From the NCBI RefSeq assembly GCF_006345805.1, contig NC_042999.1:68944001-69008000 (forward strand): a DNA stretch of 64,000 bases, in the 5' to 3' direction. This document shows, piece by piece, positions 24,427 through 37,737 of the stretch. A program made the position numbers and the translations under genes. The notes beneath the pieces were generated by a model that saw only the letters and a list, made by a program, of their open reading frames with translations, made no database searches and was not told the DNA's origin. Numbering within the stretch: position 1 is the stretch's first letter; each line of letters begins with the position of its first letter. This DNA comes from Octopus sinensis. Its lineage: Eukaryota.

Positions 24427-26459
24427 TGTATGTGTCTGAATGTATGTACATATATATATATATATAATACAAGTGGGTGGACAGGAAACAAGTGGCACTC
24501 AACGCATTTGATTCGTCTCCACGCAAATTAAAGACTTGTAGGTTCGTCAAACAAATCCAGCTCGTCAGGTTCAGGTAACCAAGTCGTTTGACGAGCTCAT
24601 AAAACCTTAAGCCACGTGGAGCCGATTCAAACAGTTACTAAATTGTGTGTATGTGTGTGTGTGTTTGTGTGAGTGTGTGTGTAGTCGCTAAGGAGTCAGA
24701 CACAAACCCCGGGAGTATTCCGGTTCTTCATACTTTGATTTCTGTTCCCCGAGGTCAGATTTAACTTCAATCTTCCAGGGACGAGAATAAAATGTAATAT
24801 AGCAGCGTAGTGGGTCGGCGAAATTGTTAGACCACTAGAAAAAATACCTTGGACTAATTCATAACCGCTCTTTAAGTCTAGAGCTTAAATTCAGTTAAGG
24901 GCACCTCTGCTTTTTATCCAACCATTTACGATAAATACCTAACCAGTACAGGGCGAATGTATTGCAGAACTGTTTGAGTATTGGAAAAATATCCGGTAAC
25001 ATTTTGTTCAGCATTTTGTGATGAACCGTTTATAATTGGCTGACAAATTGCTGCCTTGTAGAAACTACCCAACAAAAGGTAACGTGTGGCCACCTTTATA
25101 TTATTCAGCAAAAATTCCATGACAAACGCTTAGTACTTGTCAATGATCTCACCAAGATTTTTTTTCTACAACGTAATGGCGTTCAAAGAAGCAGAAGGAT
25201 TAAATATGGTAGCATTAACTTGACTAGTGGACGGCATCAATGAATATGCATATTTTCACGCCATCACATCTATAATATTATCATCATATTTGATTAGCGG
25301 TTCTATTATCATCTTTTATTTTATCGACTCCGAAAGGATGAAATGTAAAGTCGACTTCGTGAAATTTAAACTCAGAACATAAAGACGGATGAAATACCGT
25401 TAAGCATTTTCTCCGGCGTACTAACGAGTCTGCCAGCTCACCGCCATAACCAACACCCATAATATTAATCACTAACTAATTATATTTTCCTCACTGTATA
25501 ATTGTTACTGATTAGCTGTTTTAATGCTCACCACATTAATTACACATACAACCTTTCCCATCATATCTCATGCCTACAGGTGTCAGCGAAAGTCTAAAGG
25601 TTCGTGATTTTTCGTCCGAAAAATACAGTAGTGATTTCTCGTTGCATTCTGCAGGTTCATTTACAGAATATTCTTTTTTTTTTTTTTTGTTCTATCGAGC
25701 TTACTTTTGAGGGGCAAAGCCTACTTAACCCTTAAGTAGCAGGATTAGTTCGTCACCCGAGAATTTGTCCACGCACAGGTGAACCTATGGGACACATGTG
25801 TAGAAGCCAGGCCTCCTTCGGATCTTGTGTCTCTGCGACAAAGCCCTTTCTACTATTTAACCGATAATTGAAGCCCTTAATTAATACCAACCTGAACCAG
25901 AGTAGAACAAGATGTAGCGGTGACAAAATGGTACCTCCACACTTCCACAAATCTCCTGAACGCCCGAGCTGTAGCTTCACCAAAAGGTACGGTTCAATGT
26001 CTTACTTAGGATATGCTAACAATAACTTAGCTGTTAACTTAATTCCATGGACATTTGGCCCCTAAATCCTTGGGCCTATCCTGTATAACCAGTAAAACAA
26101 TGTATGTGTGAAGGTTGACCCTTCGGAATGCAGGTACAGTCATCCGGCGGACTTCCATGCGGTTAACATTAAATTAATTTTTACTCAAAGGCACTGGAGT
26201 GGACATCAGTAAAAAGTATATATACACAAGGTGACTTGCAGTAGAATTGAACCTAGTATTTCATGATACCGAAGAGAACTTCTTAACCATTTGGCCATAC
26301 TTCCGTTCATCTACACACACACACACACACACGCACACATATATATATATATATATATATATACGTACATACTTACATGTACACACATAAACATACACAC
26401 AGACATATGCTTCTATTGCTATAGAGACATGTTAAGACATGAACAACCACAAGCACATG

Positions 26460-26490
<31 letters not shown>

Positions 26491-26634
26491 ACAAGCATAC
26501 ATGCATGCACGCACACACACATATATATATACACATATATATATATGCATGCATGAATTCATACATACACACATATACATACATACATGCATACGTACAT
26601 ACACATATACATACACATATACAGACACGACCGC

Positions 26635-27350
26635 AGAGAAAGAAAGAAAGAAAGAAAAAGAAAGAAAGAAAGAAAGAAGAAAGAAAGTAAAGATTAAAAG
26701 GGAAGAAGGAGAGGAAAGAAAGACATAAGTACTAAATATGGTCTTTTTTCTTGTTTTGGCGGGGTTGTTTTGAGTGTGCTTTTTTTGGCTGTAGGGAAAA
26801 TGTAGACTGAGAAATGCTCGATCTGTTAAAAATAACAGCGAAATCTCTCCCTCAAATTACCCGTTGCCATCTTTGAAAAGACGAACGCATTGAGTAAGCA
26901 GTGTGCTGGTGATAACAGTATGATTGGGGCGGAGGGGGATAAAAGAGGAATTTGGTCACAAGTGGAATGTCTTTGATCATAGGCTTACTGGATCAGGGAC
27001 CTGACATAAATGCTAAACAACAATAAAGACAGACACACAGACTGACAGAAAGCAAGGATCAAGCAAGCAAGCGAGAAGGAAAGAAGCAAACACCAAGTGG
27101 ATAAACAAAAAGAAAGGGGAAAAGGGGAAACAAACAAATAAACAAAGGGGGAAGGAAGGAAGGAAGGAAGGAAGGAAGGAAGGAAGGAAGGAAGGAAGGA
27201 AGGAAGAAAGGAAAGAAGGAAGGACTAGCTAACAAACTAAAAGGATGTAGAAAGAAACAAGCCCAAAGGAAGGAAAAAGGAAGGAACCATACCACGAAGA
27301 AATAACTAAGGGGAAAAAACAAAAAGAAAGAAAGAAAGAAAGAAAGAAAC

Positions 27351-27403
<53 letters not shown>

Positions 27404-27430
27404 AAAGAAAGAAAGAAGGAAAGAAAGAAC
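26635..27430. repeat. (AAAG)n/(AAGG)n purine-rich low complexity
   Basis: Direct reading. Confidence 0.9.
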
Positions 27431-29012
27431 GAGAAAATCGTTTGGCTCTGTGAGAAAATCTGATGCGACGATAGTTTTTAATGATATGCAGCGGTGTATA
27501 TTCCTTGCTGTGTCGTTCCAAGTCGAGGAATTTTGTCTAATTCTTGTTTAGCCATTGCCTGATTTTTCTTGGCTTCCGATCGAAAGGTTTCGAGGTGAGG
27601 TTGTGCCTGTGAAAAAAAAACATCAATATCAATTCCAACACAGAGAAAACGTTGAAGCTTGTACGCCCTCGCTCGACCTGTATGAAATAGCAGCTAACTA
27701 TACTTCATATTACTGTCTATTGTCAACTGCCTGATAAAACGAATGGATAGATTATACACTGTCGGAACGATCATGACTTGAACGCCATTGATCATATGTC
27801 TATAGGATAAGGTTGATTCGTTTAGTTCCTAATATGGAATGGACCACATTTACTACAGACCATTTAATATACCATGTAGGCTCACGAACGTATTTATAAG
27901 TTGCCGATGGGACAATTGGACAGTGTGCACTTCCATGGTATTGTGTGTGGTACGATTCCCGGACGAGAAATTCCTCGGAGCTCGAACGGATTGGACCATC
28001 TGTGTGTTTAGTCCTTCTTTGTAGATCGCAAGATAGCTTGCTGCAATGGTTCTGTCGTCGAATAAGGGTAGTATATATATGCATGTGTGTGTAGGTAAAT
28101 AGGTAGGTAGGTAGGTAGGTAGGTAGGTAGGTAGGTAGGTAGGTAGGTGTATGCATGAATGTATGTATGTACGTATGTATATATAAAAATATATATATAA
28201 ACATACATATATATTTATAAAACTACATATATATCCACACACATCATACATACATACATACATACATACATACATACATAGAGACAGGTGTATATTCTGC
28301 CTTATATAGTCTACAAGAATACTACAAGAAAAACCACTAAAAGAAAAAACAACTTTGGTATATCATTCAATAAATTCAACCTTGGACTTCTTGGAAATCT
28401 AAAAAGTCTGAAAAACAAAAGCAGAAGCAAAACAACAGATTCCTACAATGAATCGACATCAGACCAAAACCTTACAAAGAAATGCAACGTATACGTACAC
28501 ATTTAGTGAAGCGTGGAAGTTTCCACAATTCTGGTTCTTTAGTTGGTTGTTGATATTGAGCTAACATATTCGCTCTTGTTTTATATACTGCACTCTGACG
28601 ATTCTGAAAATTGATAATGAAATTTCAACTCAGTAGAATGACTTCAAGCCACAAAATATGGGACATCAATATCAAACTAAAAAAAAAAAAAATCTATGAT
28701 TCTCTTCCTTTCAAATCAAGGGGTAACGTTTTCATCAGTAAATATATTTTGGGGTAATTGGTTGAAAAAGTTCCCCGACCCCTGATCTAGAACAACATTA
28801 TTCACTGTGCCTTCTCCCTTCTTTTAGTGTAAAATTTTGCTGCTATTTCTAACTCGACAAGCGACCACGTAGAGGCGCTCCCATTAGCAGAGGTGTCCTC
28901 CTACTTCGATAGTTGATACGTTAAAGTATGCAGCTTTCCAGAAAATGATTGGTACAGTGTATGTTATGAGTATGTGTATGTGTGCATAAGTAGGTGTCTA
29001 CGTGTGTGAGTG

Positions 29013-29044
<32 letters not shown>

Positions 29045-29884
29045 ATATATATATCATTATATGAGTGTGTGTGTGTATTCATTTATTCGTTTACTTGTTT
29101 CAGTCATTTGACTGCGGTCATGCTGGAACCTTGAAGTGTTTTTCTCGAACAATTCTACCCCAGGACTTATTTTAAACCCCAGTACTTATTTTATCGGTCT
29201 CTTTTGCCAGACCGCTAAGGTACGGGAATGTAAACACACTAACGCTGGTTGCCAAGCGATGGTGACGTGGACAAACATAGGCACAAAGACATACTTAGGA
29301 TCTATTGGAGGGGCCCTATTATCGAGTATTTTTTTTTTCAGCAATCTAAGTATGTCACGAGGTTTCCAGGCATATGTTCTACTCACATGTCAAATTAAGT
29401 GGTATTTTCTGCAGAAATTAGAAATTGGACACACAAAAAATCAGTATTCGAAGTAATCGAACATAAACAATGAAACTTGTTATATTTCCCTTGAATCTTT
29501 AAAAAATATATTGTGCAGGTGCTATAGGTTATTTCCCTTGGGTGTTTTAAAAAAATTAGACATATGAGGCAAATATAAAGGTCCCCTCTAAGTATGTCAC
29601 GTGGTTTCCAGACATAAGTTGTACTCACGTGTCAATTTTCATCAAAATCAATAAAACGATGTGGGAGGAGTTAGCTAACAACTCCACAAACAAATACACA
29701 CCGATTTTCCACATATGTAGTATATATATATATTCCCTGCTTCCATCTCCTGAGCGCCTATTAATAATAATACTGTAATTGTTCCTGTTGTTGTTGTTTT
29801 TTTGTTTCCCTTTTGGATTAAAATTATATATATATATATAGATATATATATATATATATATATAATATATATATATATATATCT

Positions 29885-30243
29885 ACTCTTTTACTCTTTT
29901 ACTTGTTTCAGTCATTGACTGCGGCCATGCTGGAGCACCGCCTTTAACGGGGACATAAACACACCAGCATCGGTTGTCAAGCAATGCTAGGGGGACAAAC
30001 ACACTCACACAAACACACACGTATATATATATATATATATGTATATATATACATATATATATGTATATATATACATATTACGACGGGCTTCTTTCAGTTT
30101 CCGTCTACCAAATCCACTCACAAGGCTTTGGTCGGCCCGAGGCTATAGTAGAAAACACTTGCCCAAAGTGCCACGCAGTGGGACTGAACCCAGAACCATG
30201 TGGTTGGTAAACAAGCTACTTACCACACAGCCACTCCTGCGCC
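29885..30243 (-). mobile_element. SINE family B, young copy with an internal deletion
   Basis: Intact head (...CACACAGCCACTCCTGCGCC) and tail (CTTTTACTTGTTTCAGTCATTGACTGCGGCCATGCTGGAGCACCGCC). Confidence 0.9.
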
Positions 30244-30788
30244 TATATATATATATATATACGCACATATATATTTATATATATATGATGATGATTGCTT
30301 CATTTTGACAGATAATAGCCGTCCCGTCAACACATACACCACACCCTATTACACAGCATAATCCCTCCGTTGATTGAACCCACGGATGGCTTTTAAGACC
30401 ACCTGCTGATTGACAGGGTTTAAGACACTAGTGACAGATATTATTCAAGTTTCTTCTACATCTTTGCCTTTATGGAATCTGATTCTGAAGGAATTAGCAT
30501 GTCTTTTAAGTCTCTTTTAAGTCCAGGTATTATCTACAAGTTTTGTAACATGTGACACAAATGGAAATAGTATATATATATTTCGTTTTGGGATTTGGTT
30601 TGCAAGATTCTTTATGTGAGTTCGTGTGTTGAAGCATATTTTGTTGTGTCTGGGGAGAGTCATTTTCTTTTTCTGCCTTATAATATAATTTATTTTAGGA
30701 AAATAAAAATAAGGAATAAGTGGAAATTTTACCGGTGAGTGTGTGAAATTTTAAGCACAATAAAAAAATGGCTCTCCCTAGACACAAA

Positions 30789-30850
<62 letters not shown>

Positions 30851-30960
30851 CAGAATATGTATGTACATATGTATTTAGATAGGCATATAGTTGTATACAT
30901 ATGTACGCACATATAGACATACATATCGTATAAGAATCTATAAGCTAAATAAACATGTGT

Positions 30961-30992
<32 letters not shown>

Positions 30993-31149
30993 AATTTGAC
31001 AGTCTGACTTAATATGTTTATTATTAAACACTTAGATTTTGACATACTCTGCTCTTATTGGAAAGTTATAAATACTGAATTGGTGACTATATGTCACAAA
31101 AGGAAAATTAGAACCGTTTGGAGGAGGAGAAAAAGTTTTACACGAATAT

Positions 31150-31183
<34 letters not shown>

Positions 31184-31608
31184 CTCTATCTCTCTCCATC
31201 TCTCTATCACACACTACTACTCCTACTACTACATCCGTCTATTTATCGCGTGCCCACTAAACAATGAACGCGCGAATTCCACGTAAAGGAAGGCTACGCT
31301 AAACTTCATACAAACTAGTTATCTCCCTTGCAGGATAATAGATTCATGTACTTCAATATTTATTGCTTTCATTTTTTGTCTGATATACTACACTTATAAA
31401 TATGTATAAAAATGCCATGGACGGCAGATGCTGCAAAGCCTCGGAAAAAAATGCTATGCGGTGTTAGTTACGTTCCTTTCTAAGCTCAAATTTCGGGTCT
31501 CAGACTTGCCATTTTGCACTTACAGAGTCGATAATGCATGTTCTAAATATTACCCATCTCCTCCAATAGATGTCCTCGTGACTAAGTTACTAATTAATAT
31601 ATATATCA

Positions 31609-33965
31609 GGTGACGAGCTGGCAGAATCGTTCGTACGACGGGCAATATGACTAGCTGCATTTCGTCTGTTTTCTAATTCTGAGTTCAAATTCCACCGAGG
31701 TCGACTTTGCCTTTCATCATTCCGGGGTCGATAAAAATAAGTACAAGTTGAACACTGCGGTCGATATAATTGACCTACCCCTCCCCCAAAATCCCTTACA
31801 ATGGGATCGAACTGAAAACCATATGATTGCAAAGTGGATTTTTTTAACAACACGGTTATGCCTAGTAACTAGTTACAATTATTTCAAATTTTTGCCACAA
31901 GGACAGCTTGTGGGAGGTGGTGATGAATCGATTACATCGACCCCAGTGTTCGACTGGTAGTTAATTTATCGACCCCGAAAGGATCAAAGGCAAAGTCGAC
32001 CTCGGCGGAATTTGAACTCAGAATGTAAAGACAGACGAAATACCTATTTTTTTACTACCCACAAGGGGCTAAACACAGAGGGGACAAACAAGGACAGACA
32101 AACGGATTAAGTCGATTATATCGACCCCAGTGCGTAACTGGTACTTAATTTATTGACCTCTTAAGGATGAAAGGCAAAGTCGACCTCGGCGGAATTTGAA
32201 CTCAGAACGTAGCGGCAGACGAAATACCGCTGAGCATTTCATCCAGTGTGCTAACGATTCTGCCATCTCGCCGCCTTCATGTAGCTAGTGATAATTGATA
32301 CACAAACAGTAACGTAGCTGGCAGATGGAGAAGACGAGGGAGCGGAGCTTTTATGACTGCCGAACTATGTGGGTGGCGCTTTAGAGTCTGTATAAGCTTG
32401 TATGGACAGTGTTGACACAAAAAATGTTTTTACTGTTGCTAAAACTACTCTCGGTGGGAGCTCGAAGTGAAGGCGACAAACTCGGCGGCACACACTCTAA
32501 CTACTCCGGTATATACTAAAATATATTTCAAAATTGTAAACTTACCTGTTTATGAGCTTCTCTCTGCGTCCGTCGCGCAAATTCGTCTTTCTTCTCTTGC
32601 ACCCACATTGTTCCAAATTTATTTCCAATGACTTCTTGTATAGGAGTGGATGGCCTGATTTCAGAAATTGAACGAAAAATTACTGGGTTTTAAATCTGAC
32701 ACAAAATAAAACAAACTTGGAGAAAGGGTGGAGTCGATTTTTAATCTACCCTATGACAAAACTGCTACTAATATTCTTTAGTACTCTAGGCACAAGGCCT
32801 GAAATTTGGGGGGAGGGGGCCAGTCAATTAGATCGACCTCAGTATGCAACTGGTACTTAATTTATCGACCCTGAAAGAATGAAAGGCAAAGTCGAACTCG
32901 GGCGAAATTTGAACTCAGAACGTAAAGACAGACGAAATACCGCTAAGCATTTGGCCCGGCGTACTAACATTTCTGCCAGCTCGCCGCCTTTGTAATTCTC
33001 AATATTCTTTTCCACTCTAGGCACAAGGCCTGAAATTTGGGGGGAGGGGGCCAGTCAATTAGATCGACCTCAGTATGCAACTGGTACTTAATTTATCGAC
33101 CCTGAGAGGATGAAACGCAAAGTCGAACTCGGGCGAAATTTGAACTCAGAACATAAAGACAGACGAAATACCGCTAAGCATTTGGCCCGGCGTACTAACA
33201 TTTCTGCCAGCTCGCCGCCTTTGTAATTCTCAATATTCTTTTCCACTCTAGGCACAAGGCCCGAAATTTTGGAGGAGGAGGCCAGTCGATTAGATCGACC
33301 CCAGTACGCAACTGGTACTTAATTTATCGACCCCGAAAGGATGAAAGACAAAGTCGACCTCGGCAGAATTTGAACTCAGAACGTAAAGACAGACGAAATA
33401 CTTATTTCTTTACTACCCACAAGGGGCTAAACACAGAGAGGACAAACAAGGACAGGCAAACGGATTAAGTCGATTATATCGACCCCAATGCGTAACTGGT
33501 ACTTATTTAATCGACCCCGAAAGGATGAAAGGCAAAGTCGACCTCGGCGGAATTTGAACTCAGAACGTAGCGGCAGACGAAATACCTATTTTTTTACTAC
33601 CCACAAGGGGCTGCACACAGAGGGGACAAACAAGAATAGACAAACGGATTAAGTCGATTATATCGACCCCAGTGCGTAACTGGTTCTTATTTAATCGACC
33701 CCAAAAGGATGAACGGCAAAGTTGACCTCGGCGGAATTTGAGTTCAAATTAAGTACCAGTTGCATACTGATGTCGATCTAATCGACTGCCCCCACCCCAC
33801 TCCCCCAAAATTTCGGGCCTTGTGCTTAGAGTAGAAAAAAATATCGAAACCAATATTAAGGCGGCGAGCTGACAGAATCCTTGGAGCGCCAGGCAAAATG
33901 TTTAGCAGCATTTTTTCTGTCTTTACGTTCTGAGTTCAAATTCTGCCAAGGTCGGCTTTATCTTT
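31609..33965. mobile_element. Cluster of family A SINEs, mostly minus strand, including tandem arrays
   Basis: Plus copy 31609-31790; minus multimers 31880-32275 and 32770-33745; plus pieces 33746-33965; 231-bp tandem period at 32770/33001/33232. Confidence 0.9.
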
Positions 33966-34197
33966 CGGGGTCTATAATAAAAAAAAAGAGGGCAAAAAAG
34001 CACCCCTTTTTTAAAACTTATATTTTTCTATACAAATTTGCAAAAAATTTGGCAAAGAACGCCATTTTGAAATTACCACTCCCCCTACTTTCTTCATTTT
34101 AAATCATTTTTTCAGATTTTTTTTGATTTTTTTTCTCAAAATATGCGGAAAAATACGGAGATTATGATTCTGAAAAAAATTTCCAAAAGTTTTTGTA

Positions 34198-34256
34198 GTT
34201 AGGGTTAGGGTTTTAGGGTTAAGGTTTCAGGATTAGGGTTATGGTTAGGGTTAGGG
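34198..34256 (+). repeat. Degenerate interstitial (TTAGGG)n
   Basis: GTTAGGGTTAGGGTTTTAGGGTTAAGG...GGTTAGGGTTAGGG; a second short tract at 35018-35037. Confidence 0.85.
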
Positions 34257-34365
34257 AAAAAAGTGAAAAATGAAGAAATTGGGGTGGGGGTAGGAAGGAT
34301 AGGCCGAAATTTCAAAATGCTGATTTTTGGCAATTTTCCGAACTCTTCGTATCCGAAAATTGGCA

Positions 34366-34398
<33 letters not shown>

Positions 34399-35055
34399 TA
34401 CAATTATAATTATAATTATAACAATAATAATAATAATAATTGGGGGATGGAGGAAGACTTTCCAGAGATAGAGAGACGGGGGAGATAGAGAAAAGGTGGA
34501 GATGAATCTTACCTGACGGGCATTCCAAACGTAGTTTCAATGGGAAATTCCATTTTCTCAAACCTTCCGGCATGGCCCTTTGTGATAGTATTTCGTATGT
34601 CGTACAACTGGCGGAAGCTACGTTGTTCTGGGGCGGTTACGATGCCTCGCTGAACACAGTCCTTGTTCAAAGCAATATAATTACGTACACTCACAGTTTG
34701 AGGCTTCAAGGGGGTGCTAATAAAATCGGTTGGTAAATCCCAGCCTCGTAGGGCTTTTCAAGAACAATGCCAATATGACGGATGAAAATAGAGAAAGAAA
34801 AAGAAAACAAAAACAAAAAAATTACAGTTTAGAACATGGGAGAATTGTGCAAAAAGTGAAAAAAAAAAAAAAAAATTTAAATAAGTGAAGTTTATGCATG
34901 TTTTTACTTCTAATTCTTTTAATTTCAAATTCAAACCTCTGAACCTGCCAAATATTATGAAGAGATGATTATCTCCCTTGATAATGATCTGCCAAGCATT
35001 ATTTTCACACTGCTGAAGGTTAGGGTTAGGGTTAGGGCAAGTCAGGTAGGCAGAT

Positions 35056-35345
35056 CACCTTGTTCGAATGTCAGACATGCGACTCCCCCAAGAGACTGTT
35101 GGTGAAAGACAAGCGCACGCAAAGAGCACGGAAAAAGCACTTCAAGGATGCACTCAAAAAAGCCTCACTGAAAAGTTTTGAGATCATCCCTGATACCTGG
35201 GAAATTCAACCAACAAGACCGCAAAGCCTGGCGGAAGCTGCACCGACAAAGATGTCACCGCCTACGAACAAAACAGGATTGCAAGGATACAAAGAAAACG
35301 TGAACCGCGCATGTCCACAACCAACATCTTGCCTTCAGACCAGAC
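35056..35345 (+). mobile_element. RTE (BovB-like) LINE 3' fragment, frameshifted
   Basis: HLVRMSDMRLPKRL, then FKDALK, SLKSFEIIPDTWE and RKAWRK. Confidence 0.7.
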
Positions 35346-35847
35346 ACGTAGCTACGGGGGGGGGGGGGCTATGGGGTGTACGGCACCCCCAGTTAGAATC
35401 TCAGCGCCTCCACCCACCAGCATGAGAATTTGTTTTATCTACTTTTGAAAGAAAACGAAAACAAAAGAAATGACAGTAACTGATAAGAAATTGTGCAATA
35501 TATAAAAAAAAAAAAAAATTAAATATGTGAAGTTTCAAATTCAAAACCACTGAACCTGCCAAATAGTATGAAGAGGTTATCTCCCTTGTAATACCTGATC
35601 TGCCAAGCAAGCAATATCTGAAGTCGCTAAAGATGCAATAAATTGAATTTCTTTTGATTTAGTAGTTAGTGATATGAAAACGTGGGTAAAGAGCTGTAAT
35701 TGTTGTCGCAAAATTGGCTGCTGACCCAGTCATCAACCGTGGGTTGAATTAAGGAGTGGGTGATGGATCAGTTGTTGTTGCTGTTGTTGTTGTGGTGCTC
35801 GTGGTAGCGATGGCGGCGCCGGTGATTGTCCTTGATGCTGTTGCTGC

Positions 35848-36206
35848 TGAGCGAACGGTCTTCGTCCCAGAGCTCGCAAGATGGGAAAAGTCCGAAACGC
35901 AGTCCTTTGCTATTCGTAAGACCCGCAGAAGAGAAAGCAGGTCAACCCCCGACACCGAGAGCATCGACGGATGGATGAATGCGCATCCAGGCTCAGCGGT
36001 TGCGTAGGAAGTCGGAGACAAGAAACAGGAAGAAAGAGTGGGAGAAACTTGGAGCGAAAGAGTACAACAGAGGTCGCCACCACCCGCAGCCTTGTGGAGC
36101 TTTAGGTGTTTTTGCTCAATACACACAACGCCCGGTTTGGGAATAGAAACCGCGATCCTCCGACCGCGAGTCCGCTGCCTTAACCACTGGGCCATTGCGC
36201 CTCCAC
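35848..36206 (-). mobile_element. SINE family D, copy 2
   Basis: Same sequence as 16735-17121; TSD-like CAACAGCA(A/T)CAAGG flanks. Confidence 0.9.
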
Positions 36207-36301
36207 CCTTGTTGCTGTTGAAAACTATGTGAAGAATTGTTGCTGGGAAAGCAATATTTCAATATTACTTTCCCGTTTCTTACTTAATTCTTTCTTGCAT
36301 A

Positions 36302-36516
36302 TACGAGAGAGTGCTGAAAAGTTCTTGGTTTTAAGGGTCTCGCAAAAACAGCCTGGCTGGAGGCCCAGCCTTCCGAATTCTTTCACAGAACTTAGAAAAG
36401 CTGAAGGACCACTGCAATAACCTGAGAGGGGAATATGTTGAATAAAATCATAATTAACCGATCTCCCTGTATTTTCTTTTACCCAAAACCTGGAACATTT
36501 TCAGTACCCCTTCGTG
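36302..36516 (+). mobile_element. Mariner-derived MITE
   Basis: TACGAGAGAGTGCTGAAAAGTTC...GAACATTTTCAGTACCCCTTCG inverted ends. Confidence 0.7.
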
Positions 36517-37224
36517 TACCTACATTTCGATGTAAACAAAGTATTACTTATCCCGAGCATAAAACAACTGGTCAAGCACTGGTGTTTCTAGAAGACAGAC
36601 AGACAGACAGACAGATAGATAGATAGAGTCTTATATACCTTGACTTACTGTCCCGCAGCCCTGTGGGTATTCCAAGCCGTATATCCAGTGGGATGGCACT
36701 GTGTAACTCCTCATTCGACGTTTGCCAAGGTCAGGCTGTTGGAAATAAATGGTGAAATAAACGGTGCAAAATTTACTAATAGAAAAAAAAAATGGAATCG
36801 CTAATAAATAGTTTTGGGAAGAAACAGACAGACAGACAGACAGACAGACGGAAGGTGTATGACCTAGAGGTCATAGTGTGCTCTTCACGATCACCATATC
36901 GTAGTTTCGATTCCGGGATGGACCGGACAGGACTGGGCCATGCGCTCTTTTCTTCGGCAAAACACTTCATTTCATGTTGTTGCAATCCATTCGGTTGTCA
37001 GTGACTAACCCTGCTGGGGGGGGGGCGGATGTTGTGATCTCGGTCGCTTATACGCCATGGAAAGCGAGTAAGCAGCCTTATGAGTGATGGGGCTCGAGAC
37101 TGCACTTCGATATCTACAAGTTTGTGTAGGAAGGGCTTACGCAACATCCTCCACGCTCGTCTAGAATCAACTGACAAACTACATTTGCAGAATTTCTGCG
37201 AATGGCACGCCAAACGAAAAGTTA

Positions 37225-37737
37225 CAGTAATACCCCACTTTGCGAGGACTCGCTTTACGAGAGTCCTCCAAATTTAGAACGAAGGGCAAAAGTTTCTACG
37301 GCTATAACAAATGCTTCTGCGTGTTACCGAGAAATGTATAGAGAGCGAAAAAAGTTTCTTCTAAGCAAACATCTCTAGACTTTTTTTAAAAAGAGATTTA
37401 CAAGTCTGTCTACGAGTGCTTGTGAATCGGCGATCGTGTCTACAAATGATGGTGTGCATGAGTCAAGTACGAGTGAAAGTGATAGCGAAAACGATAATAA
37501 TAATATATTTTATGATTTTGACATTTTTTATACTTTACATAAAATATTCTTTACGTTCTACTGTTTTTTTTTATTGCCATTTATTCATGAGTATTATAAA
37601 TTTTATTGGTAAAATATTTTTCTGGGAACAATTACGATTTATAACATTGCTACAATGGGAAATTATTACTCTGCTTTACGAGATTCTCTTTACGAGCGAT
37701 CTGGGAACAAATTAACTCATATATCGAAGCATTACTG
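37225..37737 (+). mobile_element. pogo/Tigger-like MITE
   Basis: TA|CAGTAATACC...GCATTACTG|TA termini with TA TSD. Confidence 0.65.
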
